The notes beneath the pieces were generated by a model. It ran no database searches. It was given only the letters and a program-made list of their open reading frames with translations, and had not been told where the DNA came from. Made by a program: the position numbers and the translations under genes. A stretch of DNA of 64,000 nucleotides. It comes from the human T2T-CHM13v2.0 reference genome, Homo sapiens. Positions 1-12,319 of this stretch are shown here, one piece after another (position 1 is the stretch's first letter; every line of letters begins with the position of its first letter). The stretch lies in assembly GCF_009914755.1 (NCBI RefSeq), contig NC_060944.1. One strand, written 5' to 3'.

Positions 1-498
1 AGATACACCTGTAGTTCCCAGGGTGTCTGAGGCAGAGAGCCGCAGCGAAGGTGTGGTTCGGCGACCTCGCTATCGATCTACAAGGTATTCCGTGGTGCCT
101 CCTCTGTGCACACAGCCACACGGCAGGGAGGGGAGGGTGCCAGGTGAGGGACACCATGGCGTCATCTGAGGGTGGAGCAGTCAGTGGGAACATCTAGAGG
201 CACCCCCGACGCCCCTGCTTCCCCATGGAGCATCTGCATAAGTACTTCTGGGCTTCACTGAGTTTGGGGCGGGAAAAGGTCAATTTTCATCAGGTATGGC
301 CCACCAAAGGGCACTGAGTTCATCAAAAGGCCAGCTGCCCATCTGATCCTTCTCCCTAATGGACGAGGGCTGCCTAGCCCAGGTCAGACTCCGGCCACAA
401 CAGGGCATGCCTTCCTCCCGTGATCTGTGAACACAGTATTGCCAGAGGAGCAGGTCGAAGATCCCAGGTAACCCAACTGCCGTCACCTCCAGCACAGG

Positions 499-771
499 TG
501 TGCTGGCCAGGGCTTCCAGAGAAGCAGAACTGGGGAATGCAGGTGCAGGGAGAAGGAGATTCCATTTAAGGAGTTAGCTAGGGCGACCATGGAGGCTGGT
601 AAGTCCTAAGATCTGCAGCCACAGTTCCGGTCCCAAAACTGTCTGATGGAGAATTCTCTTGCTTGGGGAAGGCTGGCCTTTTCTTTCTATTCAGGCCTTT
701 GACTGATTGGATGAGGCCCACTCACACTGTTGAGGGCAGTCTGCTTTACCCAGAGTTGGCCAGTTTAAATG
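499..771 (-). mobile_element. MLT2-family (ERVL) LTR fragment
   Basis: ccagagaagcagaac...ttctattcaggcctttgactgattggatgaggcccac...gagggcagtctgctttac resembles the MLT2 reverse complement; ends at the GAT repeat. Confidence 0.7.
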
Positions 772-1805
772 GTGTTGGTGATGGTGATGATGATGATGAT
801 AGTGGCGATGGTGTTGATGGTAATGGTGGTGATGATGGTGTTGATGGTAATGGTGATGATCATGGTGATGATGGTAGTGGTAGTGATGATGGTGATGATG
901 GTGATGATAGTGTTGATGGTGGTGATGGTGTTGATGGTAATGGTGATGTGATGATGGTGTTGATGGTAATGGTGATGGTGGTGATGGTGTTGATGGTAAT
1001 GGTGATGGTGGTGATGATCATGGTGATGATGGTAGTGGTAGTGATGGTGGTGATGATGGTGATGATAGTGTTGATGGTGGTGATGGTGTTGATGGTAATG
1101 GTGATGGTGATGATGGTGTTGAAAGTAATGGTGATGGTGGTGATGGTGTTGATGGTAATGGTGATGGTGGTGATGATCATGGTGATGATGGTAGTGGTAG
1201 TGATGGTGGTGATGATAGTGTTGGTGGTGGTGATGGTGTTGATGGTAATGGTGATGGTGATGATGGTGTTGAAAGTAATGGTGATGGTGGTGATGGTGTT
1301 GATGGTAATGGTGATGGTGGTGATGATCATGGTGATGATGGTAGTGGTAGTGATGGTGGTGATGATGGTGATGATAGTGTTGATGGTGGTGATGGTGTTG
1401 ATGGTAATGGTGATGGTGATGATGGTGTTGATAGTAATGGTGATGGTGGTGATGATCATGGTGATGATGGTAGTGGTAGTGATGGTGGTGATGATGGTGA
1501 TGATAGTGGTGATGGTGTTGATGGTAATGGTGATGGTGATGATGGTGTTGATGGTAATGGTGATGGTGGTGATGATCATAGTGATGATGATGGTAGTGGT
1601 GGTGATGGTGGTGATGACGATAGTGGTGATGCTGATAGTGGTGATAAGTGTGTGATGGTGATGAAGACGGTGGTGATAGTGATGTTGGTGTTGATGGTGA
1701 TGATAGTGGTGATGGCGTTGGTGGTGATTACAGTGATGATGATGGCAGTGATGAAGGTGAATAATAATGTGATGATGATGAAGGTGATAGTGATGATGGT
1801 GGTAG
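770..1805. repeat. ~1 kb (GAT/GGT)n degenerate trinucleotide repeat with higher-order 120-160 bp units
   Basis: Directly visible; the marker GATCAT recurs at 858, 1016, 1175, 1325, 1454 and 1574. Confidence 0.97.
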
Positions 1806-1832
1806 AGGAAGAGAAAGCTGCAGCCACCTTGT

Positions 1833-2035
1833 CTTGAGCACTTCCTATGAGTCATCTGAATTACAAACATCTTTGTTTTAATCCTGTCAAGAATTTTCAT
1901 GCAGTAGGTGTCATACCCACTTTATAGATGAGGAGACCAAGAATTAAGAAGGTCAAAACTTGTCCAAAGATACACTAAAATGTGGCAGGATGAGGACTTG
2001 AACCCAGAGCTCTTTGTATCCCAAACCCATGCTTA
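1833..2035 (-). mobile_element. MIR SINE
   Basis: cccactttatagatgaggagac...aaggtcaaaacttgtccaaag...cttgaacccag is the MIR core, reverse orientation. Confidence 0.75.
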
Positions 2036-2551
2036 TGATTGTTGACATGGTATCTTCACCGTGAATTTGTATATTTTGAACCCAACTGAATTGCTAAATC
2101 TCTTGGTGTCCACTGAAGTCTTTGGTAGCACAAGAATATATGTGTGTAGAACATTTCTGTTGCCAGTTCATGTACATTATTTAGAAAATAACACATGCTA
2201 TTCTCTGCTAAGTAAATTTTATGCCAAAGGATGACTCTATCAATAAATACTATGTAGTAAAACCATGTAGTGGGGCGGCTTTCTTTATGTGTAAAAGGCA
2301 TGTTTTATTGAGATTGAAGAGACAATGTCTTTTGGATAGGTAAGGAACTGTTGGAGAAAGCAAAGTCACTAAGGACCATTATTTTGTTTGCCACTGTTAA
2401 ACACGTCAGCCTATTTTCTTTTTACATTACTGTTTTCTACCAGATGTCTAGAGCAACAGGCTCCCTGGAAAACCTCCTCATTGTCCACCACAGCTTGAGG
2501 GTCATGGTGCTTCGTGCCCACTTTCTATTGGAGCATAGCCTCATCCCCTCC

Positions 2552-2640
2552 TACACTGTCCTCAGAAGCCATTCCCATTGTCTCCATTGTCAAGTACACT
2601 GTCCTTAGAAGCCATCCCCATTGCCACCTTGTCAACTACA
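2552..2640. repeat. 43-bp imperfect tandem duplication
   Basis: tacactgtcc(t)cagaagccat-cccattg repeated at 2552 and 2595. Confidence 0.75.
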
Positions 2641-3495
2641 GGTGTCTGGTGGGTAGCTGGATTCATGGATAACTGGTATGGCTTGAGATGAGTGTTGGCT
2701 CTTGACTCTTAAAAAGATGGATAAAAATACAAAAAAAAAAAAAAGATGCCTCCCCCCAACCCCAGCGACATGAATTAAATGGATCAATGATGGTGGAGAG
2801 GCAGGCGAGAATTAAAGCAGAGAGACTCCTGGGAAGTGTCATTACAGGGTCACAGGTCTCACCTAAGGAGGTGAAATTCCCATCCTTTTTTCCCTATGCT
2901 GAGCCGTCTGCCCTGTTAGAAGATTCTGTGTACGCATATGTTCATATTTCTAATATTGACATCATTAACTTATTTGGAATTAACCAGCATGAACACTTGG
3001 TAGAAAAGTAGTCTTGATAAGAAATAGTAAGCCAGTACCAAACAAGAGATCCAGGTCACATTTAATCCAGTTGTAGTGATATCTAGAAGAGGGGGGAAAT
3101 CCTTTCCTGTGAAGGCCTTTTCATCTGCAGCCTTTTATCCGCTTAGTCTGTAAAGGAGACACTAAGTTGTATAATAATACCGGGCCATGTGCCTTGTAAG
3201 AACAGGCTTAACCCTCCTCCTAAGACCACAAAGTGAATTTAAATTTTCTGAGTGTTGACAGCTGAAGCATGAGGTTTCTTCAAGGATGGTGTTGAAAAGT
3301 CAGATCGTCTTTCCAAACCTCACTCCTTTCCTGGGACCCCACGGCCACTTTCGTTATCCCATAACAACAGCTATAACTGGGTTTATGGCATGGGTTGATT
3401 TTTCTCACTCTACATAGTTTGTAAGTTGGTGATTTTTTTTTCCTTTCATCCCTCCTTCATTCCTTCACCCCACGACTTTAAAAACTATCTTTATA

Positions 3496-3786
3496 GGCCA
3501 GACACGCTGGCTCATGTCTGTAATCCCAGCACCTTAGGAGGCCAAGGTGGGTGGATCAGTTGAGGCCAGGAGTTCGAGACCAGCTGGGCAAAATGGTGAA
3601 ACCCCATCTCTACTAAAAAATACAAAAAATTAGCCCCGCATGGTGGTGTACGCCTGTAGTTCCAGCTGCTTAGGAAGCTGAGGCACGAGAATTGCTTGAA
3701 CCTGGGAGGTGTAGCAAGCTAAAATCATGACAGTGCACTCCAGCCTGGGCAACAGAGTAGGACTCTGTCTCAAAAATAAACAAAAA
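3496..3786 (+). mobile_element. Alu (S-type), near full length with a small right-arm deletion
   Basis: GGCC start, ctactaaaaaatacaaaaaattag linker, ctgtctcaaaaa tail. Confidence 0.92.
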
Positions 3787-3859
3787 CTATAATAACACCA
3801 AAATAGACTGATAGACCTAGTCTCTAGCTCTTGCCCCAACACCAAGCTCACTCCTAAGA

Positions 3860-4080
3860 ATGTTACTGAGCCCTGACGAAGGACAAGGCACTGTTCTCAG
3901 TGCCTCGTATAAAGATCTCAGTTAATACTCACCCAAACTTTGGAAGGCGAGACTGTATTTATCTCTGATTTACCAGAGGGGAAACTGAGGCAAAGAGGAA
4001 GTTAAGTGACTTGCCCAAGATTACAAGGCAGAAAATGGAAGCAGAATTTGAACTCATCTGGTCTAGGCCCAGAGCTGTCT
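3860..4080 (-). mobile_element. MIR SINE
   Basis: aggcactgttct...ggaaactgaggcaaagaggaagttaagtgacttgcccaag. Confidence 0.8.
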
Positions 4081-4119
4081 CCCACCTGCCATGCTCCAAG
4101 GCATTGCTGTTACATGGTC

Positions 4120-4840
4120 AGCTGCCTACTTGATTCTCAAACTTTTCATGTCCAACCGAACACCTGACTTCCCTCCAACACCATCTCACACTCCCCATGG
4201 GCTTCCCCAAAGTTAATGGCAGCTCTGCCCTCCTGCTGCTCTACTCAGGACCTTGGAGCTCTGCTTGATGCCTCTCTTCGCCCACATCTCACATCCGATT
4301 TGTCTCCAGATTTTGTCAACTGTACCTTCCGAACAGATCTAGAATAGGCCGCCTCTCCCACTGCCACAGCGTGCTCTGACCCCAGCCACCATCCTATGTT
4401 ATTGCCGCAGCCTCCTCACGGTCCTCCCTGCTTCTGCCCTTGACTCTTCCTGCAAGCCATGCAGCAAGCCCAAGGGGTCCCTCTAGAATGCACGTCAGTA
4501 GTGTCCCCTTCTGCTCAGAACTCCCAGATGGTGTCATCCCTTCTCGTGGGGGTGGAAGTCAGAGTCCCTGTGAGGTCTCCCTGGGCCTCTTGGGCATAAC
4601 CTACTCCCATTTCCTATGAACTTTCTCCTTGCTTGCTCCACATCTGCCATCCTGGCCTCCTTACTGCCCTCGGCCATGCCAGCTAAGCTCCCGGCCCAGC
4701 GCCTCTGCCTTCCCAAGCACTCTTGGTCTTTTCTGGCTGGAATGCTCTTGCCTCAACACCCACGTGGCTTGTCTCCTTACTCCATCCAGGCCTCTGCTCC
4801 AGGGCCACCCTGTCAGAGAAGGCCTTGCTGATGCCCTTAT
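4120..4840 (+). mobile_element. L2 LINE 3' region
   Basis: ctcaaacttttcatgtccaa...gttaatggcagctc...ccttggagc...taccttcc...agccaccatc follows the L2 consensus. Confidence 0.75.
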
Positions 4841-5269
4841 GGAAAACCATGTCTATGAGAACAGCACCACCAGCCCCTGTGCTAAGGAGAACATGCACCA
4901 GCCCCTGTGCTAAGCTAGGGCGGTGATGGGGGTGGGGGTGGTTTCAAGAATAACACAGGTGGAGATTTTATGTAAGCTGGTCAGTATTCCAGAGAAGGAA
5001 ACATTTTCAGCAAAGACCTCCACAAATGTTTGTTCTCGGGTGAATTAAGTAAGTCGCTATTTCACACCTACTGCATGCATTAGGGTGTGCTGGGTCCTTC
5101 GAGACCCGTTGATGGCCTAGGATAGCATTCACTCACCAGGCTGCCCACCTTGCTCACCTGGTGGCCTCATGGCCTCCTACCTGTCTCCTCACCTCTGCTC
5201 TTGGCCCATCCAGTGCAGAGGTTCTGCAGTCCACAGAGAGGTCTGAAGACAAAACCATGATCCGGGACC

Positions 5270-5334
5270 AGTAAGTTAAAAAAGCAAGGTAGAGGAAAAT
5301 GTGCATAGCTATTACCATTTAAGAAGGGAAAAGT

Positions 5335-5380
<46 letters not shown>

Positions 5381-6940
5381 TTCCTTATTGTAAAAAAAGA
5401 TACAATAAATAAAAAATGAACAAATGTGGGGAAGGAAGAGGCCAGGATAGAGGGGATAGAAATAGAAGCTGAACGTCTCAGAATAGACCTCGGTGGATTT
5501 GACTTTGAAAGATTTTTACAAAGTTATCTTTTACAATACATTAACAAAGCAAGCCCTGAAAATCAAAAGCAAAAGGGAATCAACGCGTCCGTCTATCAAG
5601 TTGGTGACATTGCTACACCGGTGGGAATTATTTTAATTATTTTAAGTGACTTTAAGACGTGATAATTTTACTTACATATTCCTGGTGGGATATAGTCCAA
5701 GACCAAAAAGAAAAATCATAACTACTTTCAGTAACCATGTTGTTTGGGATTTATTGGTATTGCTATTTTGAGACTGTTGTTTGTGTCCTATGGAATAAAG
5801 CAAATGAATAAGTATTGAGGACCAGGATTATTGGTATGGGAGAAAGGAGACACAGATGTGAAATCAATGATTTCTACTACCTTGTAGTCCTCAATTTGGT
5901 TTTAGGTATTAATGTGAACTCCTGATATATGACAACTTTTTTAAAAAATGTATTTCCTAGCTCTATCCATTATAGAGAAATAAAAGACCAGCCCAATAGC
6001 ACTGAACACCCAAGCCCCTAGGCTATGGCCTCTAAAGACCGTTTCCTACCAAGAGGAATCAGTGCTTCTTAGAGAAAATTTAATTCTAGGTAGGAAATGT
6101 ACAAGATGAGACCAAAACACTTTGTCACACCAGCAGGCAAATGAACACTCAGAGACGACAGGGTCACACCAACAGGACACCCAGGTCAACTTGAAGATGC
6201 TCCCACTGGTCAAAATGGAACAGTTTCTCAGTGTAGCAATTGCAACAGATGGAAATAGATCTAGTAGGTTAGATTCTTCAGGATTCTTTACAAATAAATA
6301 AATCTCACGGGTCACCCTTGAGGAAGCTAAGTAACCAACTCATTATTTTGAAAACAGGAAAATAAAGCAAAAGAACTAAGCATTTTCCTGACATTTCTAT
6401 ATGCCCACTGCCTCAAGGTAATATGACGGGAAGTTGCACCTCATAAAGTTTTCCACCTGATAAATGAGGTAGAGGTGATGAAATATTTCTATTTTGTGAT
6501 CTTTAATGAAATAATGGGTCTAGACAATGATCATTAGTGGCTGCTAACCTCCCAAAAAATTGATAAATAAAAGAGAGACAGTGGCAACGAGAGAGACCAA
6601 GAAAAAGAGAGAAAACAGACATTACCCGCATCTAACGAAAGCACCCACCACCCGCCACCTGTGAAGTATTTGCCTCCCCCCATTACACATGATCCTGACC
6701 TGGCCTCTGGATCTTACCACCATGTGTAGGATACAAAAGAGAGGGAGACAGATTAAATCTCACCATAGGGAGAAGCCAGCAAAATCCAGTCCTGGGGAAA
6801 CTGTAGGACCAACGATCTGGTTTCCTCAACACATGAACCACAAGAAGATAGAAAGAGAGGGAGGAACCTCTAAATTCAAGGGGATCTAAGAGCACAATCA
6901 GCTGGTGGCAGTGTGTGCCCCACCTTCGGAATCGACTTCT
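5270..6940 (+). mobile_element. Old L1 (L1MC/L1MD-type) 3' UTR fragments
   Basis: A-rich block; cagcaaaatccagtcctggggaaactgtaggaccaacgatctggtttcctcaac and gtatttcctagctct resemble L1MC 3' ends. Confidence 0.6.
5333..5380. repeat. (TG)n microsatellite
   Basis: Directly visible. Confidence 0.97.
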
Positions 6941-7039
6941 TGCTCAGAGGTCCTGAGGGGAGGGTCCTGAGGAAATGGACTGCTTCCCAAGGCTCTTCCT
7001 TCCCTTTGCTGATGGCCTCCCTGTGGGAGTCCTGCAGGC

Positions 7040-7178
7040 TTGGCTCAGCTCCCAGTCTCTGCACTTCACTTCTGTGTGGCCTTGGCTCAGACACTGAGCC
7101 TCTCTGTGCCTCTGCTTCCTCACTTATAAGCTAGGCATGATTATTTTACCTGCCTCAGCGTATGCTTGTAAAGATAAG
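7040..7178 (+). mobile_element. MIR fragment
   Basis: ctgtgtggccttgg...cctctctgtgcctctgcttcctcacttataa. Confidence 0.6.
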
Positions 7179-7180
7179 AT

Positions 7181-7509
7181 AAGCAGTCCCTAACCTTTTT
7201 GGCACCAGAGACTGGTTTCCTGGAAGACAATTTTCCCATGGACCCAGGGAAGGAGGATGCTTCCGGGATGAAGCTGTTCCAGCTCAGATCATCAGGCATT
7301 AGATTCTCACAAGGAGCGTGCAGCCTCCATCCACATGCGCAGGTCACAACAGGGTCCACACTCCTGTGAGAGTCTAATGCCACCACTGACATCATGGGAG
7401 GCGGAGCACTGGAGGCTCTGGCAGTCATGCTCGCCTGGCCACCACTCACCTCCAGCTGTGCGGCCCAGTTCCTAACAGGCCACAGACCGGTACCGGGTTG
7501 GGGACCCTG
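7181..7509 (-). mobile_element. MER1B (hAT-Charlie DNA transposon)
   Basis: Terminal inverted repeats gcagtccctaacc / ggttggggaccctg; internal aacctttttggcaccagagactggtttc and gttcctaacaggccacagaccggtacc. Confidence 0.88.
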
Positions 7510-7519
7510 CTTTAAGCAG

Positions 7520-7960
7520 TCGCTTCTCCTTCCCTGGCCTCGCCCCCAGCAGCCAATAACGTACTTCCTGTCTCTATGGATTTGCCTGTCCTGCATACTT
7601 TGTGTCAATGGAAGGAGGTATTATGTGGGGTTTGTGTCCGGCTTCTTTCGCTGAGCATAATGTTTTCAAGGTTCAGCCATGCTGCAGCTCGTATCAGAAC
7701 CTAGTTCCTTTCAGGGCCAAATAACATTTCACTGTGTGGGTGGACCACGTTTAGCCACTCAGCAGCTGACAGACACTTGGCGGTTGCACTTTGGGGCTGT
7801 TGTCAGTGTGCTGCCGGGCACGTCTGTGTGCAAGGCTTTCTGTGGACAGATGTTGATTCTTAGGGTGTCTGCCCAGCAGTGGGATTGCTGGGTCACGCAT
7901 GCAGCAGCTCTGCTCGCCTTTCTGGAGGCCACGAGCCTGTTTTCCACGGCGGCTCTGCGG
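7520..7960 (-). mobile_element. L1MB/L1ME-type 3' fragment
   Basis: ctgtctctatggatttgcct...gagcataatgttttcaaggttc...gtgggattgctgggtca. Confidence 0.75.
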
Positions 7961-10574
7961 GCCTCCTGTTGAGGAAGCCCTGGCGAGTGGGGGCTCCTCT
8001 GCCAAGCATTAAATACGGACTCACCACTGGGGACGGACTTGGACTCCAGGAGCCCCCAGGAGGCTCCCTCTGTGCCGACGCCCGTGGGCTGCAGACGGGT
8101 GGGTGACTGTGGGACCCTTGCTCAGCCTCCAGCTTTGGGGCTGATGGCTCTGCCCCCAGGGAGTCTGTGCAGCCCTCCTCCAGACCCCAGTCCCCTTGGA
8201 CCAGGGGCAAAGCTCATTTCCCTCATCCCTCCCGCCCCTAGCCTGCTGGGGTGGGAGGGACGAGGCTCCTGCCCGGCCGGCCCTGGGGCTGGGAGGCAGG
8301 TGTGGGAAGTGCAGGTGGGTGGTTTGGTGTGTTTGGCAAGCCGACCCAAACTCCCATTACATGCTATGGAAACCCTTGCAGGCCCCAGATCTCTAAATTT
8401 TTTTTCTGTCCCCCACAGCCCTACCTTCATGGGGACTGCCCCCCAACCCCACTCCCGCAGTTCTACCCCCATGCCCCACCCCCACACCCGTTCATGTGAC
8501 CCAGATCCATCTCCTTGGAGCCCCCCGCCCCCAGGTGAAATTGAGCATGCCTCCTGTTCTCACTAGACAGAGGCTCCGAGGGAGCAGGCGAGTCCTCTCT
8601 TGTCAGAGGCCACATCCCTGCACCTGCGCAGCACGGCACATCCTGGGGCTCAGCGTCCTGCGTGGAACATACTCAAGTCCATCCACATCCTCTGCCTCAG
8701 AGACAGCAGGCCCTAAGCGTGCTTCCCCGGGACCCTCCCTGGGCTTCTACCGCCTGCCACACTCCACCTGTCCCCCTGCATCCAGGAGGGCAGCACACAC
8801 CTCCCGGGGCCTCTGCCATCCGGCCCAGGGCCACCACCTCCCAAGGCCCCCCAGGACCTGGCCAGCCCAGGTTGCCCCGTTTCTGCTGCTGGTGAGGTGG
8901 GGCTGGGCTGACAGGAACCCCAGGAGATCTGCAGCGGCCCCGCCTCCCAGGCCTCCCCCATGCTGAGCTTGCCCACCTCAACAGACGCCCTAGCGTGTGC
9001 TCCGGAGAGACACTGAAATGAACTTGGTCCCCCTTCCTCACCCATTAAGTTCTTCCCCCGAGGCCAGAATCCATCGCAGGCAGGCCCTGCAGAGCGGCAG
9101 GAGCGGGCGGCGCTGGCTTCACTCCGCGGTCATTTACTTCCGCTTCTGGGCGCCCTTTCTTGCCTCTACACATCTTGCTCTTGGTCGCACGTGCTGAGTC
9201 TCGGAGCTGCAGGAGCTTGCCAACTGCCCACCTCCGCTCCTCTCTCCTGATGCCCTGTTTGTTGATGGTGCAGGAACCCGCTGCTGCAGTTAGGAAATTG
9301 AAATGTCAGTCGGGAGGGCTCCTGGAGTGGGGTTTGAAGCTGAGCTCTGAAGGCCTCGAGGGCAGGGAAAGGGAAGAACTCTGGGAAAGAGGGCCGGGGT
9401 CTCGCCCCTCCTGGAGGCACTGGCTACCCTCAACTCTTGGGGGAGCTTTTGTGAATGGAGTTTGCTTGAAATCGATCTTCTCAGCCTCCTCACCAGCCTC
9501 ACACTGGCGTTATGTCCCTGGTAGACCAGGCGGCCAAAGCTTCCTTCCTGTGGCTGCCCTGACCACATCTGGCACTGGGAACATGCCCTGCACTTGAGGA
9601 TAAATAAAAGTGAAATTTCAATTAAAAGGATAAATCATGGTGATGGGTCCTCGTGGTGACCAGCAAAGACCTGGCCCACTTCCAGGCTGAATTTCAACTG
9701 AGAAGCAGCCATTTCTTTGTAAAAAGTTGTCCATTTTAGCGAGCAGTGAAGTCTCGAGGGAAGAGCCCCAGGCCTCTGTTAGCAGAGCCTGTGCTCAAAT
9801 CCCTGCACCTGTAGAGCCTGCACCCCCTCCAGGACGGGTGAGTCCCTTGGCCACAGCCAGGCCTGACACCCCGAATGCACTACTCCCTGACCTTCCATTA
9901 ATACCAGCTTTTCGCTAGCTTCTGGTCTTATGCTTCACCTGAACCATGCAGCAGGTCCCTGTCCTCATCAAACTTTGATGCCGAACAAAGCAAATGTCCG
10001 GCAGGCCACAGTGCAGCCTCCTCCCCCTCAGGACCCCAGGCCCACCCTGCACACCCTCATGTGGTCCCTCCAGGCTCCTGGGCGGGGTGGGGGGACAGGG
10101 ATTTCTCCGCAACATACCACCCCTGCAGTGGGATTCCCAGCGTTAAGGGGAGAAGGTGTCACTGGCACGTGGTGTGCACAATTCTGAATCCTCCAGCCTC
10201 TCCAGCATTTGCCTTCATTCCCACAGAGGCCGAGAGGCTCATGGCTTCCAGAAGGCTATGAGATGTGGCACAGGCACCCGACAGGTAGGACTGGCTGGAA
10301 GCCTCGGGCCTGGGCAGGAGCGGCTGGAGCCTGCCTGCATCCACTTCCTCCTTCCATCTCCTTTGACCAGGAGACCACCTTGCCCACTCATCCTGCAAGT
10401 TGGGTGGATGCTGCTGCCAACCCAGGCCTGGTAGATGTACCCATTCCAACCTCCAGCCATGGCAGCTGCTTCAAGGCTGGGGTAAGAGCCAATGAGTGTC
10501 TGCCCCAGGACATTTGACGGAGCTGTCTGGAAACAGCCACCTTCCCTACTGAGGCAGGGAGCTGGTGGGTCAGA

Positions 10575-11220
10575 GCAGGGGCACTGGGGCCAGGACACCT
10601 GGGTTCTGGATCCCAGCTCAAGGGCTTGTGAGCTGTGTGATCTTGGGTGAGTGACTCAACCTCCCTGTGCTGCAGTTTCCTCATCTGTAACAGGGAAGGG
10701 CTGCATATGAATGGCCTTGTCTGTATTAACGGCACTGCCTTGGGTTGTGGTGATGAGTAAGTGAGTGGATGGATGTAATGTGACTAGTGTACTAGTTCAT
10801 TTTCACACTGCTGTAAAGATACTATCCAAGACTGGATAGTTTACAAAGGAAACAGGTTTAATTGACTCACAGTTCCACAGGGCTTGGGAAGCCTCAAGAA
10901 ACTGACAATCAGGGCAGAAGGCGAAGGGGAAGCAAGGACCTTCTTCACATGGAGGCAGGAGAGAGAAGTGCGAGCAGGGGACACGCCAGACACTTATGAA
11001 ACCATCAGATCTCGTGAGACTCACTCACTCTCATGAGAACTGCATGGGGGAACTGCCCCCATGATCCATTCATCTCCCACCAGGTCTCCCTCTCAACACC
11101 TGGGTATTACAATTCAAGATGAGATTCGGGTGGGGACACAAAGTCTAACCATACCACCTGGGGTACTGCCTGGCACTGCAAACTAGTTAGGGAAGCATCC
11201 GTTGTCATTACCATCATCAC
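10575..11220 (+). mobile_element. MIR split by a THE1 LTR (MIR parts ~10575-10787 and ~11157-11220)
   Basis: Core gctgtgtgatcttggg...cagtttcctcatctgtaa; the 3' part tgcctggcac resumes after the LTR. Confidence 0.7.
10788..11156 (-). mobile_element. THE1D-like MaLR solo LTR
   Basis: tgtactagttcattttcacactgct...aaaccatcagatctcgtgagactcac...aattcaagatgagattcgggtggggacaca...aaccatacca. Confidence 0.9.
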
Positions 11221-11431
11221 TGGTTCTACGACCTCTTATTTCTGTGCCCCTGACACTGATGCTATTACTAGTACTGTCAAAATTGTAATGTCAGCCTATT
11301 GCTGTTACCCCTGGGGCTGCTAGGCTGATGGGATGTAAGCACAGAAGTGTGAGGCAGCAGAAGGGGAGAGAGTACCTGCGAGTCTGAGGGGTGGGCTGAG
11401 CAAGTGCTGAGAGCCCCGTCAGAATGGTCAC

Positions 11432-11498
11432 CCTCATAATGGACTGAGCACGGTACTCAGCCCCCATGAGTGAGTGAACACAGTACTCAGCCCGCATG
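11432..11498. repeat. Two to three copies of the 30-bp minisatellite unit (gcacagtactcagcc)
   Basis: Same unit as the array at 11790-12112. Confidence 0.75.
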
Positions 11499-11789
11499 AT
11501 CCAGCCATGCCTGAAACCCACACCACTCCAGGATAGGAGCCAGCACATTGCCTTTTTGCTTGAGCCAGTTACATTGGGATTTCTGACGTTTCCAATGGAC
11601 GAGACCTAAAAGTGCCATCATGCAGTAAAAACCTAAATTAAATCATTTTATTCTTGTGGTCTGGGACCTCCAGGCTGGATATACAGATATTTATTGCCCC
11701 TTGTCCCTTGTTTCATTCAATCATCCACTCTGGTTTGCAGAGCACTTTCTGTGTGTCTACTAGTATGCAGAGCTCTCCGGGGGAGACAG

Positions 11790-12112
11790 CAAACATAGTA
11801 TTCCGGCATTATTACTGATTAAATTAATGATTAAACCAATATTCAGCCCACATTTAGTGACATAGCATAGTACTCAGGCCTCATTACTGACAACACAAAA
11901 AGCCCAGATTTATTCACAAACATCAGTATTCAGCCTTCATTTATTGACAAAGCTCAGTATTCAACCCACATTACTAAGCAAGAGTACTCAGCCTTCATTA
12001 CTGACTGAGCACAGTACTGAGCCCTCATAACTGACCAAGCACAGTACTCAGCCCTTATAACTGACTGAGCACAGTACTCAGCCCCCATGGTGACTGAGCA
12101 CAGCACTCGGCC
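11790..12112. repeat. 30-bp minisatellite (ctgactgagcacagtactcagccctcataa), ~10 copies, degenerate on the left
   Basis: Exact 30-bp period at 12001-12090. Confidence 0.85.
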
Positions 12113-12319
12113 ATCAGCATTGAATTACAGACACTGCAGATCCTCAGTTACCATCTTTCATATACTCTTGGCAACAGCTCTGCAGGCTGGATTTAAAAAA
12201 TCCCATTTCCAGATGAGGAGATAAAACCATTTCCCAAAGTGAAGAGCCAGTGAGGAGGCGCCCCCTCCTCTTCGTCTATGGGAGCACTGCCTGGAGGCAC
12301 AGGGTGCAGGAGTGGGAGA

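Noticed and set aside
663-1900. 330-aa poly-VM/GD and 346-aa poly-IT/H ORFs
   Set aside because: By-products of a stop-poor triplet repeat; no splice signals or domain content.
9815-9843. Possible 5-nt microexon (cctccAG-GACGG-GTGAGT)
   Set aside because: Frame-shifting, C-only tract and no other support; such matches are frequent by chance.
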